This document shows positions 49,658 through 59,233 of a DNA stretch of 64,000 nt, in pieces. Under the pieces are notes generated by a model, which was not told the DNA's origin, ran no database searches, and saw only the letters and a list, made by a program, of their open reading frames with translations. Position numbers and translations under genes: made by a program. The stretch is from Candidatus Woesebacteria bacterium (GTDB lineage: Bacteria; Patescibacteriota; Microgenomatia; UBA8517): the NCBI GenBank assembly GCA_013374855.1, contig CP055308.1:178277-242276 (forward strand). The letters run 5' to 3'. Within the stretch, counting starts at the first letter, position 1, and each line of letters begins with the position of its first letter.

Positions 49658-50495
49658 TATTATCAACGCAATCAGAAATTATTATCTTGAATCAGAATAT
49701 GCATATAGAAATTGGGGTAAAGATGAGAGAAGAGAGGAAGTTTATGCTTTACATGGAGGATTTACCGTCGAAGGCAAAAAGCTATCTCATTATGAAGAAG
49801 TGAAAGAGCTTGCAAGACAGTTAATTAGGTTTGCCCAAATACCCAAAAACTCAATTGTCTTAGACGCGGGCTGTGGGGCTGGAATGTTGACTTTTGAAAT
49901 AGCGGAAATCTATTGTCCTGACGCAAGAGTTGTTGGGGTTAATATTTCAAACAATCAATTAGTTTCTGCAGAAAATTATCGTCGAAAAGCGGCTCTGAAC
50001 AATGTTTTTTTTAGTAATCAAGACTATCATCGTCTTGCTTTTCCAGATGAAAGCTTTGATGTAGTTATCTTTTGCGAAAGCTATATCCATTCATATGACA
50101 AAAGACAACTCGCACGAGAGGCTTATCGTGTTTTAAAACCTCAAGGGAAAATTGTTATTAGTGATACTTTTCTAGAGAGGGTTCCAGCTGGTAATCATGA
50201 AAGGGTGGTCTTACAGCACTTGAAAGAAGGATGGTGTCTTCCTGGCATTCTTAACACCGAAGAACTAGAACAAATTTGGCGAGAAGCAGGTTTCTATGAA
50301 ATTTGTTTTAAAAATCAAACCCAAAATATAATTGACTCCTCAAGAAGAATGAGAGAACACGCAGAACTGCGGATTACCCAAGGTAATCAGGGTTCACAAA
50401 TTCTAAGACTAAGTCGAAGAGCTGCAATTGCGTGCAATGAAGCTTTTGAAAGAGGTCTTACTGGATATTATTTTGCTAAGGGTCATAAGCCTTAA
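49641..50495 (+). CDS. Class I SAM-dependent methyltransferase (CFA-synthase/small-molecule MTase-like).
   Basis: VLDAGCGAGMLTF motif I; N-terminal NYYLESEYAYRNWG typical of this subfamily. Confidence 0.75.
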   Translation: MRKEVDIINAIRNYYLESEYAYRNWGKDERREEVYALHGGFTVEGKKLSHYEEVKELARQLIRFAQIPKNSIVLDAGCGAGMLTFEIAEIYCPDARVVGVNISNNQLVSAENYRRKAALNNVFFSNQDYHRLAFPDESFDVVIFCESYIHSYDKRQLAREAYRVLKPQGKIVISDTFLERVPAGNHERVVLQHLKEGWCLPGILNTEELEQIWREAGFYEICFKNQTQNIIDSSRRMREHAELRITQGNQGSQILRLSRRAAIACNEAFERGLTGYYFAKGHKP

Positions 50496-50545
50496 CGGGC
50501 TGCCGCCAAGTTCTAAAATCGTTATCAAAAACAGATTCTGAAATG

Positions 50546-50617
50546 CTCCCCGGGTAGGATTCGAACCTACGACCTTAGAGTTAACAGCTCTCCGCTCTAC
50601 CACTGAGCTACCGGGGA
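50546..50617 (-). tRNA. tRNA-Asn (anticodon GUU).
   Basis: Cloverleaf with acceptor UCCCCGG/CCGGGGA, D-arm GCUCAGUGGUAGAGC, anticodon loop CUGUUAA, T-arm GGUUCGAAUCC. The overlapping ORF 50409..50603 translates the T-arm (VGSNPT) and is spurious. Confidence 0.85.
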
Positions 50618-50742
50618 TTGTAATCTTTATTCAGTCTACAATGAAATCTAATTAATACTTTAATACTTTAGTCAAATAAATTTTACCATTTTGTAATGGA
50701 AATTCCACTCTCAAATCTGATATAGTATTAAAACCAAAGGAG

Positions 50743-51279
50743 GTGATTAAAATTAAGAAATATATACCCATTCTTACGATAATTATTGTAATTATTATTT
50801 TTGCCGGAATAATACTAGGCAAGAAAAGCACTACCTCACCTCAAACAGTAAACCAAGCAGTTGAAAAGTCAGCTGAAAAAACAGAAGAAACACTAAAAGG
50901 TAGCATCAAAGAAATGGCAGAGAAAGGAATTCCTCTAAAATGCACCTATAAACAAGGAGAAAATGAGTTCGAAGGTCTTCTGAAAGGAAACTCTTGGCGA
51001 GGAAAGATGAAAACCAAAGATGGTCAAGTGGCAGAGGTCATTCTTAAAGACAACTGTATGTGGAGCTGGAATCCCACCGACAAAATAAAACAAGGTGCAA
51101 AAATATGCTTTGAAGAAAAAGAATCAACAACCGGAGAAAAAACAGCTGATGTTTGGGATCAAAGCCAAGTTGATAACCCTGATATACAATACACCTGTCT
51201 ACCAGCAACAGTATCTGATTCTGACTTTGAGCCACCAAAAGATATCCAGTTTATGGACCTAAACCAGATAAAATACTAG
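50743..51279 (+). CDS. Hypothetical secreted/membrane-anchored protein.
   Basis: N-terminal TM/signal segment (IPILTIIIVIIIFAGIILG); four Cys. Confidence 0.45.
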   Translation: MIKIKKYIPILTIIIVIIIFAGIILGKKSTTSPQTVNQAVEKSAEKTEETLKGSIKEMAEKGIPLKCTYKQGENEFEGLLKGNSWRGKMKTKDGQVAEVILKDNCMWSWNPTDKIKQGAKICFEEKESTTGEKTADVWDQSQVDNPDIQYTCLPATVSDSDFEPPKDIQFMDLNQIKY

Positions 51280-51680
51280 GACTGCTGGTTGTGATAAGCA
51301 GCCTCGTAGGCTTCTGCATCAGCTTTTGTGTGGTGGATTGTCCCATCAGGATGGTTTGGTGGACTGTAAATAGTATAAAGTTTTAATGGCTTATCGCTTG
51401 ATGTATTAATAACATTGTGCCTTGCTCCTGCAGGAACAACCACAGCAAAACCTTCATAAACAGTACTTTCCTGACCATCGATTATTACTTTACCCTCACC
51501 TTCTTCTATTCTGAAAAACTGGTCAACATCAGGGTGTACCTCTTCACCTATATCCTCACCCGGCTTCAAACTCATAACAACCAACTGGCTGTGAGAAGCC
51601 GTAAAAACAACTTGCCTAAAGTTCTCGTTCTTTTCTGTTAATTCCTCAATATTACCAACATAACCTGTCATAACTCTCAC
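51276..51680 (-). CDS. Cupin-domain protein.
   Basis: GEEVHPDVDQFFRIEEGEGKVIIDGQESTVYEGFAVVVPAGARHNVINT (cupin_2 motifs). Confidence 0.7.
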   Translation of the reverse strand: MRVMTGYVGNIEELTEKNENFRQVVFTASHSQLVVMSLKPGEDIGEEVHPDVDQFFRIEEGEGKVIIDGQESTVYEGFAVVVPAGARHNVINTSSDKPLKLYTIYSPPNHPDGTIHHTKADAEAYEAAYHNQQS

Positions 51681-51707
51681 CCCCTTTCTTCTTAAAGTAT
51701 AGCAATT

Positions 51708-52787
51708 TTAATCCAAATAATCTTGAAGTTTTTTCCTTCTTGATGGATGCTTGAGTTTGCGCAATGCTTTTGCTTCAATCTGCCTTATTCTCTCGCGTGT
51801 AACTCCAAAAACCTTTCCCACCTCCTCAAGAGTCATTTGCTTTGTACCATCTAATCCAAAACGAAGCTTTAAAACTTTTGCCTCCCGATCAGAAAGAGTT
51901 GAGAGAACCTCGTCCAAATGATCTTTCAAAAGCTGTTTTGAAGCCTGATCCACCGGGGAAAGAGATTGCTCATCTGGGATAAAGTCGCCCAATATACTAT
52001 CTTTATCTTCCCCAACTGGTGCCTCAAGCGAAGTTGTGTCTTGAGCAATTTTATAAATTTCTCTGATTCGCGCCGGTTCCATTTCTAACTCTTCTCCAAT
52101 CTCCTCTGGGGTTGGTTCCCTTCCAAGCTCCTGCATTAGCTTTCTTGAAGTCCTGTAAATCTTGTTAATTGTTTCAACCATATGAACAGGAATCCTTATT
52201 GTTCGCGCCTGGTCAGCAATTGCCCTTGTTATTGCCTGCCTGATCCACCAAGTTGCATAAGTGGAGAACTTAAAACCTCTTCGCCAATCATATTTCTCAA
52301 CCGCCCGAATAAGTCCCTGATTTCCTTCTTGAATTAAATCCAAGAGAGAAAGACCTCTGCCTATATACTTCTTGGCAATAGAGACAACCAACCTTAAATT
52401 GGATTCTGTAAGCAAATCCTTCGCTTTTTTGTCTCCTCTTTCATAAGCCTTAGCAAGCTCTATTTCGTCTTCTGCATAAAGAAGCGGAACCTTGCCAATT
52501 TCCCTTAAATATTGTCTAACAGGATCAGTTGACTCCAAACCCTCAAGCTTAGTTAGAAGCTCAATCTCCCTTTCTATCTTCTCACGAGCCTTTTCTTCAG
52601 AATCAGCCTCTTCAAAAGCAACAGACTCAAAAACATCAATATTTTCAGCCAGAAGTTTCTCATAAAGCTCATCTAGTTCCTCAATGTGGTTCTCCGCATC
52701 GGGGAAAGCTTCCAAGACCTCGTCTTGAGTCAAAAACCCCTGATCACGACCTTTTTTGATAAGCTCAACAACTATCTTTTTTTCCAT
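51708..52787 (-). CDS. rpoD: RNA polymerase primary-type sigma-70 factor (RpoD-like, regions 1.2-4).
   Basis: Region 2 ([37 protein letters not shown]), region 3 and region 4 HTH ([27 protein letters not shown]). Confidence 0.9.
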   Translation of the reverse strand: MEKKIVVELIKKGRDQGFLTQDEVLEAFPDAENHIEELDELYEKLLAENIDVFESVAFEEADSEEKAREKIEREIELLTKLEGLESTDPVRQYLREIGKVPLLYAEDEIELAKAYERGDKKAKDLLTESNLRLVVSIAKKYIGRGLSLLDLIQEGNQGLIRAVEKYDWRRGFKFSTYATWWIRQAITRAIADQARTIRIPVHMVETINKIYRTSRKLMQELGREPTPEEIGEELEMEPARIREIYKIAQDTTSLEAPVGEDKDSILGDFIPDEQSLSPVDQASKQLLKDHLDEVLSTLSDREAKVLKLRFGLDGTKQMTLEEVGKVFGVTRERIRQIEAKALRKLKHPSRRKKLQDYLD

Positions 52788-52805
52788 AGAAAGAAGGATA
52801 ACCGA

Positions 52806-54587
52806 TTATACTACAACATCTGCGCCATTTAAAGCCGATAGCTCTTCTGTTTTTTGAGCAAATTCCCTTTTAAGAGAAGCAAGAGCTTCTTTGTCTTTAT
52901 TTTTTTCTGCCTCTTTCATCTTTCTTACCAAACTCTCCAAATTTTCCTTCACAATCTCCTTTTTAAGATCAACAACCAAAGCTTCTATCTCTTTTTTAAC
53001 AACCTCTTTATCTTCAGGTGGAATATCTATCTCGTACAAAAATATAGCTGAAAATGCTTGAGAAAGTTCCGGTGGAAGTCTCTTAAAGAATAATCTTAAG
53101 TCAAAATTTTTCCCTTCCTTGTTGTAAGCACAAAAGCTTTCTATTAACTTTTTATAAGGGCGGCTTATAAACAAACTAGTTATTGATTCATCAAATAAAA
53201 GTTCAGGGGTTCTTTGTAAAACAAAGGCTAAAAGTTTTTCTTCCAAAAGAACTCTTCTTGATAGCTTTTTAAGCAAAACAGAAGTTTTCTGAACTTGAAC
53301 TGTTGTTTTTGATTCCTCTTTACCCAACTCCTCAAAAACAGCACTAACCGGTACAGAAAGTTTTTCAGCAACAAGCCTTGCATAATGTGCCTGAACTATT
53401 TTATCTTCAATTCTTGCAAGAACAGGCTTTAGTTCTTTACTTATTTTAGCCTTCCCCTCCCCGGTTGAAGGATTGTTTTGCCTAAAAACCAAGTCAATCA
53501 AGAAATCCCAAATCGAGACTGCTCCAAAAACTGCTTCTTTGAATCTTTTGGGGTTTGATCGTGCCATATCATCGGGGTCTTTATACTCTCCAAGAACAGC
53601 CGCTTTCAAAACTGCGCCCAATTTTTGGGCAACAACCGCACCTCTTTTTACTGCAGTAACACCAGCGCTGTCTGTGTCATAAGCAAAAACAAAATTTTCT
53701 GTAAATCTTAAAAGAAGTTTGGCTTGATCTTCCGTCAAAGCCGAACCCTTTACCGCAACTGTGTTTTTAACTCCGGCTTGGTATGAAGATATCATATCAA
53801 GCTCACCCTCCGTAATAACAACAAATCCCTCTCTTTTAATGTGTTCCTTGGCAAAATTAAGCCCATACAAAATGTGAGATTTCTTATAAACCAAAGTCTC
53901 AGGAGAGTTTATATATTTGGCCAAGTCTTTCCTCTCATCATCCGGCAATATCCTACCACCAAAAGCAACAACATTGTCCCTATGATCATAAATAGGAAAA
54001 ATAACACGACCTGCAAATCGATCAAAAAGAGCGTTTCCTTTGGGGTAAAAAGTCCCCGATTCCAAAAGCTCCTCTTTGGTAAAACCTTTCTTCTTGATTA
54101 AAAAATTAAAAAGAGCAGAACTCTCTCTAGGAGAAAAACCCAAGTTAAACTTTTTAATCGTATCAAGTTTCAAGCCTCTTTTTTCCAAAAGATAAGAAAG
54201 AGCGCCTTTCCCTGTCTTATGCTCAAGAAGAACATAATTGTAAAATCGAGAAGTTAGCTGATTAAGCTCATATAACCTTACTTTTTTGTCAGATTTGGCT
54301 AGATTTATACTTTTTAGCTTTATCCCCAACCTTTCCGCCAAATAAGAAAGAGCCTCAAAAAAACTCATTCCTTCATATTTTTCAAGAAAAGAAAAAACAT
54401 CTCCACTCTCCCCACAACCAAAGCACTTATAGATCTGAAGGTCTGGCGACACCATAAAAGAAGGAGTTTTTTCCTGATGAAAAGGGCAAAGCGCTTTAAA
54501 ATTCTTGCCCGCTTTTTTAAGCTCAATCCGCTCCCCAATTATATCTACTATATTTACTCTCTCCTTTATTTCCTCAACCTGATCCAT
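52806..54587 (-). CDS. dnaG: DNA primase.
   Basis: Zinc-ribbon (CPFHQEKTPSFMVSPDLQIYKCFGCGESGD), RNA-polymerase domain and TOPRIM (VVITEGELDMIS ... AYDTDSAG). Confidence 0.9.
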   Translation of the reverse strand: MDQVEEIKERVNIVDIIGERIELKKAGKNFKALCPFHQEKTPSFMVSPDLQIYKCFGCGESGDVFSFLEKYEGMSFFEALSYLAERLGIKLKSINLAKSDKKVRLYELNQLTSRFYNYVLLEHKTGKGALSYLLEKRGLKLDTIKKFNLGFSPRESSALFNFLIKKKGFTKEELLESGTFYPKGNALFDRFAGRVIFPIYDHRDNVVAFGGRILPDDERKDLAKYINSPETLVYKKSHILYGLNFAKEHIKREGFVVITEGELDMISSYQAGVKNTVAVKGSALTEDQAKLLLRFTENFVFAYDTDSAGVTAVKRGAVVAQKLGAVLKAAVLGEYKDPDDMARSNPKRFKEAVFGAVSIWDFLIDLVFRQNNPSTGEGKAKISKELKPVLARIEDKIVQAHYARLVAEKLSVPVSAVFEELGKEESKTTVQVQKTSVLLKKLSRRVLLEEKLLAFVLQRTPELLFDESITSLFISRPYKKLIESFCAYNKEGKNFDLRLFFKRLPPELSQAFSAIFLYEIDIPPEDKEVVKKEIEALVVDLKKEIVKENLESLVRKMKEAEKNKDKEALASLKREFAQKTEELSALNGADVVV

Positions 54588-54704
54588 AATTATCTAATTC
54601 AGAATAAAAATCACAACAAACAAATTATAAGAAACAAGCAATGTCAATTTAAAACTTAAAAATCAAAACTTTAATAAATTCTAGCTTTCGAATATTTTAA
54701 AGTG

Positions 54705-54776
54705 TGCCCCCGGGAGGAATTGAACCTCCAATTAAGGCTCCGGAAGCCTTTGTTTTGTCCATTAAACTACGAGGGC
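54705..54776 (-). tRNA. tRNA-Arg (anticodon CCG).
   Basis: Acceptor GCCCUCG/CGGGGGC, anticodon stem AAGGC/GCCUU with loop UUCCGGA, T-arm GAGGUUCAAUUCCUC. Confidence 0.85.
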
Positions 54777-54782
54777 AGGAGG

Positions 54783-54866
54783 CGGAGGGTAGAGGATTCG
54801 AACCTCTGAGGGATTTCTCCCACAGGTTTTCAAGACCTGCGCCATAAACCACTCGGCCAACCCTCC
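54783..54866 (-). tRNA. tRNA-Ser (anticodon UGA), type II with a long variable arm.
   Basis: Acceptor GGAGGGU/ACCCUCC, anticodon stem CAGGU/ACCUG with loop CUUGAAA, variable stem GGGAG/CUCCC, T-arm AGAGGUUCGAAUCCUCU. The overlapping ORF 54697..54891 is spurious. Confidence 0.85.
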
Positions 54867-54944
54867 ATCTCTTAAAACAAACCCTTAGCAAACCAAAAAC
54901 TAAAACTTAGGAATCAAAAAGCAGGTATATATATTCTACCAAAT

Positions 54945-55340
54945 TTAGAAAGCAAACAGAAAAAACCTAAATCTTTCTGCTATCATAAGCCCAGTGAAGA
55001 AGAGCCTATCTTTGGGGTTAAAGCCAGGCGATAAATCAACAGAAAGTCGTAAGTAGTGCTTTTGCAGCTTACCTCCAATTTTTAACAGTTTCGCTACCCT
55101 CTTAAAATCATTTTTTGCAAGCAACACCTCTCGTCTAAGTTCTGTAAACTCGTGCTCCTCTGAAAAAATTTTTGTCAAGTACCCATTTTGTTGCACACTC
55201 TTTCTAAACGGGCAGGTTACATATTTCTGTTTGAACTTTGCTGGTGGCATTTTGAGTTTTGTGTGAATCCTTTGGTTGCTGTAAGGAAAGATGGTCCGGT
55301 GAATGGTCTCGATAAACCCCTGGTGTTTCAAATCTCTCAA
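54945..55340 (-). pseudogene. Chimeric ORF. Residues matching the N-terminal part of the CYTH protein (AKNDFKRVAKLLKIGGKLQKHYLRLSVDLSPGFNPK, duplicated from 60842-60949) are fused to unrelated flanking sequence; not a functional gene.
   Basis: The shared 107-bp nucleotide block B1 (55012-55118) equals B2 (60842-60949). The rest of the ORF crosses the tRNA-Ser upstream region. Confidence 0.4.
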
Positions 55341-56260
55341 ACTCCAGTCCTATATCAGTTTTGAAGTTGTCATAAGAGCTTTCTTGATAGCCATTCTCCT
55401 ATGAACTGGCTTTTGGTGAATGGCTCACTTTAACCCCTAAACTTTCCACTAGATTGATAATATTTGATTTGTATTCACTGCCTTGGTCTGTACGTGCTAC
55501 CTTAGGTATTCCAAAATTGCTGGCTACGACCATAAAAACCTCAACAATGAACTCTGTTGTATGTTTAGTTGATATACTCCAATCCACAACAATTTCCCTG
55601 GTATAAAGATCCATGTAGGTTGCCAGGTAGATAATCTTTTGACTCCAGGCAAGCCTGGTAAAATCCCATGCCCTAAATATATTTGGTTTAATTGGGCAAC
55701 TGCCTTTAATAAGACTGGGATACCCTGATGGTTACTGGCTCCAGTCTTTTTTCTTTGCCCATCTAGCTTTCCTTTTGTAAAGTGGTTTGATCCCAAAGAG
55801 ATTCATAACCCTCCTGGCTCTGTTCTTGCCACAACCAAGTTCAATCCCAATCCTCCTGTGACCATAACTTGGATTTAACTGAAGCATCTTTAGAACCTAA
55901 TCCTTGACGAGTAGCAAATCTTTTTGATTTAGTTTGTTATCTTGATTGCAGAGATTTCTTCTTGATACCTTTAAATAGGAATATGTTTAGCCTTAAAACT
56001 AATTACTTCACTGACCTCTCTTTTTTGACTTTTCCACCTCCAAGGTAAGTATCCCAATTATTTCCTTTAATTGTTGTTTCTCTCTTCTTTTGAATCTAAT
56101 ATGTTCCATCCAGCTCACCCTGTTAGTAGCTCTTCCTCTCAACCAATTATAAATTGCCTTGTCAGATACCCCATATTGTCTGGATAAAGATATAACACTT
56201 TCACCAGCCTTAACTTTGGCCAATATTTCCTCCTTAACTTCCTTTGCAATTGCATTTTTC
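55130..56260 (-). mobile_element. Degraded IS3-family insertion sequence. orfA (HTH, 56008..56223) is followed by a frame-broken rve/integrase-core orfB (fragments in ORFs 55399..55614 and 55524..55796).
   Basis: OrfA MAKVKAGESVISLSRQYGVSDKAIYNW...KQQLKE...LEVEKS (IS3/IS911 HTH plus leucine zipper); orfB DLYTREIVVDWSIS...ARTDQGSEYKS...HSPKAS (DDE/rve), interrupted by stops. Confidence 0.6.
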
Positions 56261-56535
56261 TGAACTTAGTTTCACCTCCATACTTTGTCCCTCATTAAAA
56301 CTGTGTGCATTTCAATGGGCACCTGTCCCGGGTGAGAAAAATAATTACGAGGCACTCTGTGCCGAAGTATACAAATAAGCAGAACTTGCCAGCTTCGCTG
56401 GTAGCGTAGCGGCTGGGTGGGAGCAGCCGACCCCACTTAAACAACCTCTGCCTTGAAATGAGTTCGAATGGTACAATACACAGTGCACAACAAAGGAGTC
56501 GTTGGTTTTGCACCAGAGACGTTGTATGCCTCGTT

Positions 56536-56566
56536 TCAAAAAGTCGGCTCTTTTCGTTTTTTTTCT
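56536..56566 (+). terminator. Hairpin (AAAAG-UCGGC-CUUUU) followed by CGUUUUUUUU at the end of a GC-rich non-coding block.
   Basis: Read directly from the sequence; resembles a rho-independent terminator on the plus strand. Confidence 0.4.
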
Positions 56567-56641
56567 GAAAGAAATAATCGCAAAATTTCTAAAATCTTAT
56601 AGTATTTACAGCGCTAAGTAAAGGATGATATAATTAGTCAC

Positions 56642-56992
56642 ATGTCAAAACAGATACAAAAACCGTATTTCAAGCATTTTGTTGTCGAAATTAACTGCCA
56701 ATTTGACTCTGGTAACTCAGTAGAATGGTTAGAAGCTAGGACAATTCCTCTTATTGAGAGTTTGAGAGTTGGTATAGTAGCAAAAACGAAACATATTTTT
56801 AAGCCGCAGGGGATAACCTTGATTTATATCCTTACCAGCTCACATATGGCTGTCCATTCTTGGCCAGAAAATGATTTTCTCCACATAGACTTGATTATTT
56901 GCTCGGAGAAAATCACGTTCGATGTTTTTAAAACCTCCATTAAGAAAACTTTTCCAGGGATGAAACATAAAATAACCGAGTTGAAATACTAA
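56642..56992 (+). CDS. S-adenosylmethionine decarboxylase proenzyme-like protein (SpeH/AdoMetDC small type, pyruvoyl-dependent).
   Basis: Signature ILTSSHMAVHSWPENDFLHIDLIIC (compare LLxESH(I/L)S(I/V)HT(W/Y)PE...D.F.C) and size (116 aa). Confidence 0.65.
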   Translation: MSKQIQKPYFKHFVVEINCQFDSGNSVEWLEARTIPLIESLRVGIVAKTKHIFKPQGITLIYILTSSHMAVHSWPENDFLHIDLIICSEKITFDVFKTSIKKTFPGMKHKITELKY

Positions 56993-57031
56993 ACTGTGAA
57001 TCCGATCGAAATAGTGACATAATACTTACTT

Positions 57032-58033
57032 ATGACAGTAGAATTTGACCAACAAATCGGCAAACAGGAAGCCGCAAAACAACCTCAACGTTTTGTAGTC
57101 GACTTCTGGATGACCGGCCGTTGCGATATGGAGTGTCCTTTTTGCTACGGCGCTGATGTCCCAACTGCTTCCCGAATTGAAATTGACAATAGTGGTAAAG
57201 ATCAAAAAGTGTATTTGTATGATACGACAGAAGAGACAAGAGCAATTACAGGCAAAGGTGGTGCAAGGCCAGAAATGACTTTAACTCAGATGCAAGAAAT
57301 AGTTGCAAAACTTAAAGATATAGGTGTCACAACCTTAACCATTGCAGGAGGTGAACCATTGCTTCGTCCCGAAACCCCAAAGATTATCAAATTTGCTCAT
57401 GATGCCGGTTTGGAGGTTTATCTATCTTCAAATGGCACCTTTTTTAAGAGACATTATAATCAAGTAAAAGATTATATATCCGTTCTAGGACTACCATTGG
57501 ATGGAAGCACCCCTAATATGAATGTCTTAATGGGTCGTCGAGAATATCTCTATAAAAACATACAAGGTATTTTGTCTTATCTCGGTGCCAACCCACCACA
57601 ACATAAGGTAAAAGTGGGTACTGTAGTTTCAAGAATAAACATTGCTGATATTGAACAAATTGGCCAGTTCCTTTATCGATCTCCAGGTCAATGCCAACCA
57701 GATACTTGGAGATTGTATCAATTTGAGCCTCTTAAGAAGGGTGCTAAGAACCGAGAACTTTACGAAATTAGTGATAGTGAATTTGATGATGTGGTTTCAA
57801 GGCTACAATTAGTGTTTCCAGAAGCACAAATCAGTGCCAGATCAAATAATGATCATATGAATGCATATTTTTTTGTAACACCAGATGGAATGCTACAGAC
57901 AGTTGATATCAAGCACAGAAGTGTGGCTGACCTATTAAGTACAAGTACCGAAGATTTGAAATCTATTGTTGGGAGTTATAGAGATACACAAATTAGAGCA
58001 AGCAAAAATAGGGAATGGTTAAATAGCCAATAA
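57032..58033 (+). CDS. Viperin-like radical SAM enzyme (prokaryotic viperin, pVip-like).
   Basis: CxxxCxxC (GRCDMECPFCYG), GGEP, SSNG. Collinear similarity to viperin beyond the rSAM core: DGSTPNMNVLMGRRE (compare DSFDEEVNVLIGRG), KVGTVVSRINIADIEQ (compare KINSVINRFNVEED), DTWRLYQFEPLKKG (compare VRWKVFQCLLIEGEN). Confidence 0.7.
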   Translation: MTVEFDQQIGKQEAAKQPQRFVVDFWMTGRCDMECPFCYGADVPTASRIEIDNSGKDQKVYLYDTTEETRAITGKGGARPEMTLTQMQEIVAKLKDIGVTTLTIAGGEPLLRPETPKIIKFAHDAGLEVYLSSNGTFFKRHYNQVKDYISVLGLPLDGSTPNMNVLMGRREYLYKNIQGILSYLGANPPQHKVKVGTVVSRINIADIEQIGQFLYRSPGQCQPDTWRLYQFEPLKKGAKNRELYEISDSEFDDVVSRLQLVFPEAQISARSNNDHMNAYFFVTPDGMLQTVDIKHRSVADLLSTSTEDLKSIVGSYRDTQIRASKNREWLNSQ

Positions 58034-58063
58034 GAACCATATCCAAACTCTTACCCTCAGCTT

Positions 58064-59233
58064 ATGAATAAAAAAGATTACACAAGTCAGATAGATTTCA
58101 GTAAGGTCATGGAGAGTGGTGATAACCTAGCGTTTTATATTGAGATTACAAATAATATTATTGATTACATACGAAATAACAAGAGTGCTACCTTCCAGGA
58201 GATAACAAAATATGTTGGGGGTAGCGATAGGAGAGTAATAAGACTACTAGATCAACTTGTTGAACTAAAAATACTTCGTTTTTACCGCAAAAGATTCTTT
58301 CTACGAGACACTTTATCTTTCACTAACTTCAGGATTTCTGATGTCCGTTGTAATTTTTGCGATTCTAAAATAGTAAATATTGATGGAAAGCTGAAATCAG
58401 TACGGAGTTTCGTGGAGGGTGCTTTAATGAAACGCCCAACACCAACTTTCATTTTTGACCAACGCCCAGTTAACGCTGACACAATCGTGCGCAGAGTCGC
58501 TTATTTGCTATTAAAAGGTGATGCGCAAGATAAAAAAATCGCATTGATTGGAGACGACGATCTAACTTGTGTGGCCCTTGCAAAAACTGGGGTAGCCAGA
58601 GAAGTTGTTGTTTTTGATATAGACGAAAGAGTCTTAGAATCAATCGAGTCAATTTCCCAGAAATATAAATTGGGGATAAAAGTTGTTAAACAAGATTTAC
58701 TCAAAAACACACCTAAAAAATTCCATGGTTATTTTGATGTATTTATTACTGATCCAACTCCAACACTCAAACCTCTCGTGCTATTTACCAACAGGGGTCT
58801 GGAGATGCTCAAAAAAGGAAGTGGAAAAATTGGCTACATTTCTCTATATCCTTCGCACATGGAGAAAACAATTGACTTCCAAAAAGTGTTAGGGGAAATG
58901 AATGTGCTTATTACTGATCTTATACCAGCTTTTAATCAATATGATTTTTTAGAATTTACTTACACCCCATCCGACTTGAAACTACTTAAAAAGTATGCAG
59001 CAAATGAAGCAAAAATATCATTTTTTGAACACCTGATGAGGATCGAAACTACAGATGCTTCTAAACCCATAAAGATGGAGATATCACGGCTGGACCTTGT
59101 GGGAAGGGCTACAAGAAGGATATTAGATGATCCTAGCAAAGATCCTGTCTTGGTTGACAAACAGAAGCACAAGTCAATTCAAAAGGCAGCGTCTACCATC
59201 CAAAAATTAATAAAGCAAAATGAAAGAAATTGA
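58064..59233 (+). CDS. DUF43-family (BpsA-like branched-chain polyamine synthase / aminopropyltransferase fold) protein with an N-terminal winged-helix-like region.
   Basis: IALIGDDDLTCVALAK...VVVFDIDERVLESI...FDVFITDPTPTLKPLVLFTNRGLEMLKKGSGKIGYISL...ITDLIPAFNQY matches DUF43/BpsA signatures (GDDDLT, DPPxT-like, NxY). Confidence 0.7.
   Translation: MNKKDYTSQIDFSKVMESGDNLAFYIEITNNIIDYIRNNKSATFQEITKYVGGSDRRVIRLLDQLVELKILRFYRKRFFLRDTLSFTNFRISDVRCNFCDSKIVNIDGKLKSVRSFVEGALMKRPTPTFIFDQRPVNADTIVRRVAYLLLKGDAQDKKIALIGDDDLTCVALAKTGVAREVVVFDIDERVLESIESISQKYKLGIKVVKQDLLKNTPKKFHGYFDVFITDPTPTLKPLVLFTNRGLEMLKKGSGKIGYISLYPSHMEKTIDFQKVLGEMNVLITDLIPAFNQYDFLEFTYTPSDLKLLKKYAANEAKISFFEHLMRIETTDASKPIKMEISRLDLVGRATRRILDDPSKDPVLVDKQKHKSIQKAASTIQKLIKQNERN

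Noticed and set aside
50409-50603. ORF with VGSNPT peptide; also 54697..54891 and 63666..63872.
   Set aside because: These are translations across tRNA genes (T-arm GGTTCGAATCC gives GSNP). The tRNAs fold as cloverleaves.
56380-56420. SRP-RNA helix-8-like GGGAGCAGCC motif.
   Set aside because: The complementary GUCAGG/GNRA partner and the rest of the SRP RNA domain IV are not present in the required spacing.
56295-56539. ORFs 56295..56513 and 56345..56539 in the GC-rich block.
   Set aside because: Mutually overlapping, low-complexity Cys/Leu-rich translations with no start context. Treated as a non-coding, possibly structured region.
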